A program made the position numbers and the translations under genes. Positions 54,054 through 64,000 of a stretch of 64,000 nucleotides of DNA are shown here, piece after piece (the first letter of the stretch is position 1; each line of letters starts with the position of its first letter). Source of the DNA: an uncultured Actinomycetes bacterium (lineage in GTDB: Bacteria; Actinomycetota; Coriobacteriia; Anaerosomatales; PHET01); NCBI GenBank assembly GCA_947085035.1, contig CAMTUW010000006.1, forward strand, positions 20,484 to 84,483. The letters are read 5' to 3'. The notes beneath the pieces are model-generated. The model did not search any database and had not been told where the DNA came from. It saw nothing but the letters and a program-made list of their open reading frames with translations.

Positions 54054-55424
54054 ATGGCTGACGACGCACGAAACGCTTCGGAGAACCGCCGCGGCGATCG
54101 CGTACCCCCTCATAACCTGGAAGCGGAGCAGGCCGTTGTCGGTTCGATGCTGCTTTCCCCCGAAGCGGTTGAAGGAGCGCTCAACGCCCTCGCCGCCGCG
54201 GACTTCTACCGCCCGGCTCACGCGCGGATCTTCTCGGCCATGGGCGATCTGTACGCTCGTTCGGTTCCGGTCGACCACCTGTCGGTCGCTGACCGCCTGG
54301 AGGCGTTGGGCGAGATCGAATCCGCAGGCGGAAAACTCTACCTGCTCGACTTGTCGGGAGCCGTTCCAACGACGGCCAACTGGCCCAGGTACGCCGAGAT
54401 CGTCAAGCGCATGTCGACTCTGCGTCAACTCATCGGTGCGGGTACGCAGATCGTCGCCATGGGGTTCGATGCCCCCGATGACATGGGCAAGGTCGTCGAA
54501 GATGCCGAGCGCCTGATCTTCGAGGTGACGAGCAAGCGGGTCAGCAGTAACTTCCGAGAGATCAACGAGCTGCTCAAGGTCTCCTTCGAGCAACTGGAGA
54601 AGCTGTTCGAGCGCAAGGAACACGTCACGGGTGTTCCCACGGGCTTCACGGACCTCGACCGTTTGCTGGCCGGTCTCCACGAGAGCGACCTCGTCATTCT
54701 CGCGGCGCGTCCCTCAGTGGGCAAGACGGCGCTTGCACTCAACGTCGCCGTCAACGCAGCCAAGAAGGGGACGTCGGTCGCGGTGTTCTCACTTGAGATG
54801 TCCTCGGAGCAGCTCGTTCAGCGCGTCTTGTGTTCTGAGGCACGAATCAACCTGCAAGACGTCCGAACCGGGCACTTGAAGCCGGACTCATGGCACTCGA
54901 TCCACCACGCGATGGGCAAGCTCGCAGACCTTGATTTCTGGGTCGATGATACGCCCTCCATCTCGATTCTTGAGGTGCGCGCGAAGGCGCGGCGTCAGCT
55001 GCGCGACAAGTCAAAAGGACTCATCATCGTCGACTACCTGCAGCTCATGCAGCCTCAGGGTCGCCGCTCCGAGAATCGCCAGGTCGAGATATCCGAGATA
55101 TCGCGCGGTCTGAAGATCCTCGCCAAAGAACTCAAGGTCCCGGTGCTCGCCCTGTCCCAGTTGTCCCGCGCGGTGGAACAGCGGGCCGGAAAGAGGCCGC
55201 AACTCTCAGACCTTCGCGAGTCGGGTGCCATCGAGCAAGACGCCGACGTGGTCATGTTCCTCGACCGCAACACGAACCCCGGTTTTGATGACGAGGAGGG
55301 GCGCCCCGCGCGCGGCACGGCCGAGGTCATCGTCGCCAAGCACCGCAACGGTCCGCTGGGTACAGTCGATCTGGTGTTCCTCGATCAGTTCACCAAGTTC
55401 ACCGATCCGGCACGAAACGCCTGA
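54054..55424 (+). CDS. dnaB: Replicative DNA helicase DnaB
   Basis: ATG at 54054 (track ORF over-extended to 53895). PPHNLEAEQAVVGSML, Walker A ARPSVGKTA, IIVDYLQLM. Confidence 0.93.
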   Translation: MADDARNASENRRGDRVPPHNLEAEQAVVGSMLLSPEAVEGALNALAAADFYRPAHARIFSAMGDLYARSVPVDHLSVADRLEALGEIESAGGKLYLLDLSGAVPTTANWPRYAEIVKRMSTLRQLIGAGTQIVAMGFDAPDDMGKVVEDAERLIFEVTSKRVSSNFREINELLKVSFEQLEKLFERKEHVTGVPTGFTDLDRLLAGLHESDLVILAARPSVGKTALALNVAVNAAKKGTSVAVFSLEMSSEQLVQRVLCSEARINLQDVRTGHLKPDSWHSIHHAMGKLADLDFWVDDTPSISILEVRAKARRQLRDKSKGLIIVDYLQLMQPQGRRSENRQVEISEISRGLKILAKELKVPVLALSQLSRAVEQRAGKRPQLSDLRESGAIEQDADVVMFLDRNTNPGFDDEEGRPARGTAEVIVAKHRNGPLGTVDLVFLDQFTKFTDPARNA

Positions 55425-55450
55425 GGTCGCCGAGGACGAGAGGCAGCTCC

Positions 55451-58296
<2,846 letters not shown>

Positions 58297-58317
58297 AGAG
58301 CCGCCCGCCCGTCGGCG

Positions 58318-59628
58318 TCACAGCTCCTCTCGGGCTCGCACCGCCGCCGCGCGCGCGATCTCGAGCGCGGCTGCGCGGTCGTTCGCCGCTATCCGGCCTT
58401 CGGCCACAGCCGTTTTGACCGCGCGCACCGCCGCTCCCACGGCCGGGCCCTCGGCGAGCCCCAACCGGGTGATGATCTCCCGGCCGGTGAGTGGCGATGT
58501 CACCCGCACGCGGGTGCCGCGCTCCCGTGAGGCCGCGAGTGCGCGCGTCAGGCGTTCGCGCACGGCTGCGACCCGCTCGCGATGAGCGGTGGCGCCGAGG
58601 TCTGCGAGCGTGAGTTCAAGCGCATCCTCGGCGGACACGAGGAGCTCCGGTTCTGCGACGTTCGGTTTCCACAGGTCCAGACGGCGCACCGCGCGATCGA
58701 CGGCGCGCTCGTTGTCCGGGTCGAGGTCTGCAAGACGCATGTGCTCGCCAACGAGGTGGGCGATTGCCCGTGTGTCCGACTTCGACATGACGAGTCGCTC
58801 ACAGATCGAAACGGCGATAGGGGTGCCCACGTCGTGCAGGAGCGCCGCCCACCGCATCACGTGCACAGCGGGCGCGTTCGCGACGGTCTGCGCCGTGTGC
58901 GAGAACGCGTCGAGGTCATGGAAGCTCGGCTGGGTGACACCCCCGAGCTTGGCGACCTCCGGCAGCACGATCGCAAGTGCGCTGATGCGCTGTGCGGCTT
59001 TCAGGCCGACCTCAGCGCCGGGTGCCAGCAGCAGTCGGCTGAGCTCATCTCGCACGCGCTCGGCCGCGACGCGCGAGAGCCCCGGCGCCACTTCGGATGC
59101 GGCGGCCTCGGTCGCGGGGTCGAGTTCGAAGCCCAGTTGGGCGACGAATCTCGCGGCTCGCAGCACCCGCAGAGGGTCCTCGCCGAATCGCGCCGCCGGA
59201 TCATCCGGCGCACGCAAGACGCGGGCTGCGAGATCGGCCCGACCTCCGGTCGGATCGAGTATCGCGCGAGAAGGCCACTCGACCGCTATCGCGTTGACGG
59301 TGAAATCCCGCAGCAGGGCATCGGCGGCAAGCGTATCTCCGCGCTGCATCGACACTTCGACCACAGAACCGTCTGCGAGCACCACTCCCAGCGTGCCGTG
59401 GCACTCGCCCACCGCGTACACGCCTGTGCACCAACCAGCGCCTTCGCAGACGGCGCGTACTTCACCGGGTGTCGCACTCGTGGCGATGTCGATGTCGCGA
59501 GTCACTCGGCCGAGCAGCGTGTCTCGAACGGCCCCGCCCACGAGCGCCGCGCTGTGTCCCGCATGAACGAGCGCGTCGAGCAGCGCGCGGGTATCGGGCG
59601 AAAGGGGTATGTCCAGAGAAGTGGTCAC
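58318..59628 (-). CDS. cca: CCA-adding tRNA nucleotidyltransferase / poly(A) polymerase family protein
   Basis: 436 aa. LVGGAVRD...DIDIAT head-domain motifs and an RDFTVNA motif. Confidence 0.85.
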   Translation of the reverse strand: MTTSLDIPLSPDTRALLDALVHAGHSAALVGGAVRDTLLGRVTRDIDIATSATPGEVRAVCEGAGWCTGVYAVGECHGTLGVVLADGSVVEVSMQRGDTLAADALLRDFTVNAIAVEWPSRAILDPTGGRADLAARVLRAPDDPAARFGEDPLRVLRAARFVAQLGFELDPATEAAASEVAPGLSRVAAERVRDELSRLLLAPGAEVGLKAAQRISALAIVLPEVAKLGGVTQPSFHDLDAFSHTAQTVANAPAVHVMRWAALLHDVGTPIAVSICERLVMSKSDTRAIAHLVGEHMRLADLDPDNERAVDRAVRRLDLWKPNVAEPELLVSAEDALELTLADLGATAHRERVAAVRERLTRALAASRERGTRVRVTSPLTGREIITRLGLAEGPAVGAAVRAVKTAVAEGRIAANDRAAALEIARAAAVRAREEL

Positions 59629-59767
59629 ACTTGATTGTTCCCGAACGGCCCTAGCCTGTCATCTCGCAGAAGGTGCCCCTCAACCTGCCCTCGGCTACAA
59701 TCCATTCGTGGCCTTCGCGTCACCGTCTCGACCGACCAGGCGTCACGAAAGGCTCCGTCTCATGGGC

Positions 59768-61054
59768 ATGCGCATCCTCGTACTCGGTTCGGGCGGTCGC
59801 GAACACGCGATCACTCGCGCGCTCACCGCATCTCCGCTCGTCGATGTCGTGTTGGTGATACCGGGAAACGGCGGGACCGCTCTTGAGAACGAGACGGTGA
59901 ACGCACCGCTCAACATCGACGACCCGGTCACTGTCGCGAGCTTTGCCAGCGCGAGCGAGGTGGACCTCGTCGTGATAGGCCCCGAAGGGCCTCTTGTGGC
60001 CGGTGTCGCCGACGTGCTTCGAGAGACGGGGCTGCCGGTGTTCGGCCCTGGCGCGCAAGGCGCTCGCATCGAAGGTAGCAAGGCCTTTGCGAAGGGACTC
60101 ATGGAGAACCACTCGCTTCCTACAGGCCGCGCGAGGAGCTTTGAGATATCCGAGCGTGGCGAGGCGCTTGATACCGTCAGACAGTGGGGCGCGCCGATCG
60201 TGATCAAGGCGGACGGTCTGGCGGCCGGCAAAGGCGTCACCGTCGCGATGGATCTCGACACGGCGCTTCGTGCCGTCGATGAGTGTTTCGACGGACGCTT
60301 CGGGGAAGCGGGCGCCACGGTACTCGTCGAGGAGTATCTCGACGGTCCCGAGTGCTCCCTGCTCGCGTTCGTCAGCGGCCGCACGATGCTTCCCATGGCG
60401 CCCGCCCAGGATCACAAGCGCGTCGGCGACGGCGATACCGGACCCAACACCGGGGGCATGGGCGTGTACTCGCCGGTCCCCCTCGTGACAGATACCGAGC
60501 ATGAGCGCATGGTTGAGATCATGCAGCAGACCGCCGATGCTCTCGTTGACGAAGGGATCGACTACCGAGGCGTGCTCTACGGTGGGTTCATCCTCACCTC
60601 CGAGGGACCCAAGCTACTCGAGTTCAATGCCCGCTTCGGGGATCCGGAGACCCAGGTCGTGCTCCCGCGTCTCAAGACCGACCTCGCCGAGGTGTTGCTC
60701 GCATGCGCCGAAGGCCGACTGGACGAGGTCTCGCTCGACTGGAGCGACGAGGTCGCGGTGTCGGTCGTGCTCGCAAGCGAGGGCTACCCCGGGTACTACG
60801 AGACCGGCAGGCCCATCAAAGGCATCGACGCCGCCGAGCAGATCGAGGGCGTGACGGTCTACCATGCGGGCACGGCGCTCACCGACGAGGGGACACTGGT
60901 CACAGACGGTGGTCGGGTGCTCAACGTCACGGCCGTAGGTCCGGATTTCGCGACTGCGGTCGATCGCGCATATCGTGGCGTAGCGCGAATCGATTTCGAG
61001 GGCGCGTTTTGCCGAAGCGACATCGGGCAGCGCGCCATGCGCGGCCGCGAGTAG
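59768..61054 (+). CDS. purD: Phosphoribosylamine--glycine ligase
   Basis: MRILVLGSGGREHAI start (ATG 59768; ATG 59762 is also possible). ATP-grasp motifs along the length. Confidence 0.93.
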   Translation: MRILVLGSGGREHAITRALTASPLVDVVLVIPGNGGTALENETVNAPLNIDDPVTVASFASASEVDLVVIGPEGPLVAGVADVLRETGLPVFGPGAQGARIEGSKAFAKGLMENHSLPTGRARSFEISERGEALDTVRQWGAPIVIKADGLAAGKGVTVAMDLDTALRAVDECFDGRFGEAGATVLVEEYLDGPECSLLAFVSGRTMLPMAPAQDHKRVGDGDTGPNTGGMGVYSPVPLVTDTEHERMVEIMQQTADALVDEGIDYRGVLYGGFILTSEGPKLLEFNARFGDPETQVVLPRLKTDLAEVLLACAEGRLDEVSLDWSDEVAVSVVLASEGYPGYYETGRPIKGIDAAEQIEGVTVYHAGTALTDEGTLVTDGGRVLNVTAVGPDFATAVDRAYRGVARIDFEGAFCRSDIGQRAMRGRE

Positions 61055-61060
61055 GGCGCC

Positions 61061-62356
61061 GTGCTCTCCGAGAGACTCCTCACCACTGTCATGCGGCGCA
61101 CCAACAAGAGCACGTTGGCGCTCTCACCCGCAGACATCGACCGGTTGCCGACGCCCGTTCCCGGCCGCGACTACCTGCTCTACCTGCACGTGCCGTTCTG
61201 TGAGCGACTGTGCCCGTACTGCTCCTTCAACCGCTATCCGTACCAAGCCGACCTCGCCACCGCGTACTTCGCTCAGTTGCGCGATGAGATGCGAATGGTG
61301 GCCGAGCAGGGCTACGATTTCGGCGCGGTCTACATCGGTGGAGGCACGCCCACTGTCGACGTGGCCGAGCTGTGCGCCACCATCGACCTCGCGCGGGAGC
61401 TGTTCAGCATCCGCGAGGTCTCGAGCGAGACGAACCCCAACCACCTGTACCCGCAGTGGATCGACCCACTCCTTGACCGGGTCGATCGGCTCAGCGTAGG
61501 GGTGCAGTCCTTCGATGACGGGCTACTCGCGCAGATGGACCGCTTCGACAAGTACGGCTCGGCCGAACAGATCCTCGAGCGACTCCGCTCCATCGAGGGG
61601 GCCTTTCACTCGCTCAACGTCGACATGATCTTCAACTTCCCCACCCAGACGCCCGAGATGGTCGTCACCGATATCGAGATGGTGAAGAGCACCGGCTGCA
61701 ATCAGGTGACCTTCTACCCGCTCATGGCCTCACCGGTTGTCGCCGAGTCGCTGAAGCGCACCGTGGGCAAGGTCGATTACGAGCGAGAGGCCCGCTACTA
61801 CTCGACGCTCGTCGAGGGACTCTCCGAGAAGTTCACTCCTGCGAGCGCCTGGACGTTCTCTCGCACCGGGGGCGGCATGATCGACGAGTACATCGTCGAT
61901 TACGAGGATTATGTCGGCCTAGGGAGCGGGGCTTTCAGCTTTCTTGACGGCGCGCTCTACGTGAACACCTTCTCCCTTCGCGAGTATGCCGCGCGCATCG
62001 GGGCGGGCAAGTCGGCGACGGTCCAGTGGCGCAAGTTCGGACGTCGCGAGATGATGCGCTATCGCTTCTTGATGGCGCTTTTCGGTCTGCGACTCGACAA
62101 GCGCGCCTTCGAGCGTGACTTCGGCGTCTCGATCGAGTGGGGTCTCGCGGTTGAGATGGCATTCATGCGGGGAGCCGCTGCGTTCGCCACTGACGACGCG
62201 GACGAGTTGACCCTGACTGACAAGGGGCGCTATTTGCTGGTCGCGATGATGCGTGAGTTCTTCATCGGCGTGAACGGGGTCCGAGACCAAGCGCGCTCCT
62301 CGCTTTCCGGCGACGAGAAGACGCTCCTGTTCGGCGATGGGTGTACGTCGGAATGA
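61061..62356 (+). CDS. Radical SAM protein of the HemN / coproporphyrinogen-III-oxidase-like family
   Basis: 431 aa. LYLHVPFCERLCPYCSF (CxxxCxxC) and GGGTP motifs. Confidence 0.8.
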   Translation: MLSERLLTTVMRRTNKSTLALSPADIDRLPTPVPGRDYLLYLHVPFCERLCPYCSFNRYPYQADLATAYFAQLRDEMRMVAEQGYDFGAVYIGGGTPTVDVAELCATIDLARELFSIREVSSETNPNHLYPQWIDPLLDRVDRLSVGVQSFDDGLLAQMDRFDKYGSAEQILERLRSIEGAFHSLNVDMIFNFPTQTPEMVVTDIEMVKSTGCNQVTFYPLMASPVVAESLKRTVGKVDYEREARYYSTLVEGLSEKFTPASAWTFSRTGGGMIDEYIVDYEDYVGLGSGAFSFLDGALYVNTFSLREYAARIGAGKSATVQWRKFGRREMMRYRFLMALFGLRLDKRAFERDFGVSIEWGLAVEMAFMRGAAAFATDDADELTLTDKGRYLLVAMMREFFIGVNGVRDQARSSLSGDEKTLLFGDGCTSE

Positions 62357-62451
62357 TCTCCTCATAGGCCCACACACTCGTGGCCTCGACAAGAGCGCCC
62401 GCTACCCCGTACCCTTCGTTCCAGCAATACTGACTGAGGGTAGGGTGCAAG

Positions 62452-62871
62452 ATGTCTTCATGCGAGTCATATCGCAGCGAGCGCGGATTCACCATGGTCG
62501 AGGTTCTCGTTGTCGTGCTGATTCTCGCCGCGCTGGTCCTGATCACGGTTCCGGTGTATGCAGCGACGTCGGCGCACTCATCGCGAAGGATCTGCTTCCA
62601 GAACCAGAACACGCTTGAGCGAGCGACCGAGCTCTACCTGGCGGTCAACCAGGATCACCGGCGCTCTGATCTCGCGGGCATCGTGAACTCAGCGCATCCG
62701 GTGGTCGTGAACAACATCGTGGGTCAGCCGCCCCGCTGTCCATCGGGGGCCAAAGCCGCCGATCCCAACAACCGCACAGTGGCGGAAGGCGCGTACACGT
62801 TCGACATCACAGGTAGTATCGTGGGGTGCACCTTGGGGGCTCTCGGGTCGCACGGCAGCTACCGCGACTGA
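62452..62871 (+). CDS. Prepilin-type N-terminal cleavage/methylation domain protein (type IV pilin/pseudopilin-like)
   Basis: 139 aa. Class III signal G/FTMVEVLVVVLILAALVLITVP. Confidence 0.7.
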   Translation: MSSCESYRSERGFTMVEVLVVVLILAALVLITVPVYAATSAHSSRRICFQNQNTLERATELYLAVNQDHRRSDLAGIVNSAHPVVVNNIVGQPPRCPSGAKAADPNNRTVAEGAYTFDITGSIVGCTLGALGSHGSYRD

Positions 62872-62916
62872 CCCCTCGTAGCCCTTTGTTCTCTTCTGTC
62901 GAATCGGAGGCTCTCT

Positions 62917-64000
62917 GTGTCCAGTGGCTTGTTCGAAGACGTTCGTATCGAGGGGCACCTCATCGATTCGGGCATCATGTCCCAGGTCATGGACCACATC
63001 ATCGCTCTGGGCGGTGAGTTCGAGACGTTGGACTTCGATGTGGGGCGTACCAACGAAGACGCTTCCGTAGCGGTTCTTCGCGTCAGGGCCGCATCGCGAG
63101 ACGAGCTCGACAGGATTCTCGAGGCGATCTTCGAGCACGGAGTGGTCGAGTGTGAGCCGCGTGACGTCGTTTTAGCCTCGGCTCCACGCGGCGGAGTGTT
63201 CCCCGAGGGGTTCTATTCGACGACCAACTTCGAGACCGACGTGCGGATCAAGGGCAGCTGGGTCCACGTATCCAACCCCGAAATGGACTTGGGCGTCTGC
63301 GTCGACCCTCTTGGCCGGACGGCCGAGTCGGTCCCGATGGCGGACGTGCGCGGGGGTGACCTGTTCGTGGTGGGCCATGGAGGGGTGCGGGTTCATCCCC
63401 AGGAACGTCCGCGCACAAGCCAGGGTTTCGAGTTCATGGCGAGCGCTGTGTCGTCGGAGAAGCCGAAGGCCCAGGTCGTCGCCGAAGTCGCGAAGATGCT
63501 TCGAGAGACGCGCGAAGCAGGCCGGGAGATCATCGCGGTGGTGGGCCCCGCAGTTGTCCACACGGGTGCGGTGACGCACTTGGCCCGCCTCGTCGAGCTG
63601 GGGTACGTGAGCGTGTTGTTCGGCGGCAACGCGGTTGCCGTCCACGACATCGAGGCGGCGATGTTCGGCACCTCGCTCGGGGTGTCGCTTACCGAGGGGA
63701 CACCCACCCACGGCGGCCACCAGCACCACCTGCGAGCCATCAACACGGTGCGCGGACACGGCTCGATCGCGGCAGCGGTGAGCGCCGGGGTGATCGCGAG
63801 CGGTCTCATGTACACGCTCGTCACATCCCAGACGCCCTACGTTCTCGCCGGATCCATCCGCGACGACGGACCACTGCCGGGCGTCATCACCGACGCGATG
63901 GAAGCTCAGCGCGAGATGCGCAGCTACGCTCAGCGGGCAGGCGCGTGCTTGATGCTATCGACGATGCTGCACTCGATCGCGACGGGTAACATGCTTCCGG
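62917..64000 (+). CDS. TIGR00300-family protein (LOR/SDH bifunctional-enzyme conserved domain; ArgZ / archaeal ornithine-cyclodeaminase-like), 3' end outside the window
   Basis: Open-ended, so not in the ORF track. GTG at 62917 after GGAGG. My own translation gives VSSGLFEDVRIEGHLIDSGIMSQVMDHI...VVGPAVVHTGA...LFGGNAVAVHDIE...HHLRAINTV...AGSIRDDGPLP with no stop up to 64000. Confidence 0.75.
   Translation, partial: MSSGLFEDVRIEGHLIDSGIMSQVMDHIIALGGEFETLDFDVGRTNEDASVAVLRVRAASRDELDRILEAIFEHGVVECEPRDVVLASAPRGGVFPEGFYSTTNFETDVRIKGSWVHVSNPEMDLGVCVDPLGRTAESVPMADVRGGDLFVVGHGGVRVHPQERPRTSQGFEFMASAVSSEKPKAQVVAEVAKMLRETREAGREIIAVVGPAVVHTGAVTHLARLVELGYVSVLFGGNAVAVHDIEAAMFGTSLGVSLTEGTPTHGGHQHHLRAINTVRGHGSIAAAVSAGVIASGLMYTLVTSQTPYVLAGSIRDDGPLPGVITDAMEAQREMRSYAQRAGACLMLSTMLHSIATGNMLP

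Overview
This window reads as the chromosomal replication-origin region of a high-GC Gram-positive anaerobe. An Actinomycetota, Coriobacteriia-like source is my inference only. GC was judged by eye, and all motif coordinates were hand-counted, so they may be off by 1-2 nt.

Gene content, left to right:
- Minus strand: gyrB (5' end), DUF721/DciA-like, recF, dnaN, dnaA.
- Plus strand, diverging from these: rpmH-rnpA-yidD-yidC-jag-rsmG-parA-parB.
- Then addBA-type helicase-nuclease genes and a perR-rubrerythrin-rlmN unit facing a multiheme cytochrome c.
- Then htrA, an MFS pump, ddl, feoAB, an exonuclease-DinG helicase next to a PafBC-like WYL regulator pair, and a Fic enzyme.
- Then a Crp/Fnr (HcpR-like)-controlled hcp cluster, a CcsA-like cytochrome c maturation gene, a GGDEF protein and two trkA genes.
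- Finally tRNA-Gly(CCC), rpsF-ssb-rpsR-rplI-dnaB, purA, cca, purD, a HemN-like radical SAM gene, an orphan pilin and a TIGR00300 (LOR/SDH) gene running off the right edge.

I found no CRISPR array, transposase, integrase, rRNA or clear defense island.

Observations most worth follow-up:
- oriC is bipartite, and an uncharacterised GHKL-ATPase/wHTH fusion gene sits between the upstream DnaA-box array and dnaA.
- A decaying insertion lies between oriC and rpmH. It holds a collagen-like ORF with perfect tandem repeats and a frameshifted ORF.
- Two parS sites lie in the 5' end of rsmG.
- A C-X-C-H motif replaces the first CXXCH in two separate c-type cytochromes, and the window also encodes a CcsA-like protein with a non-canonical WWD motif and no CcsB/ResB.
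- A perfect TTGAC-N4-GTCAA palindrome lies upstream of the hcp cluster.
- A PAS 'histidine kinase' lacks its phosphoacceptor His.
- A 49-aa DUF5679-type zinc-ribbon gene is missing from the ORF track.

The many long ORFs antisense to real genes are high-GC shadow ORFs.
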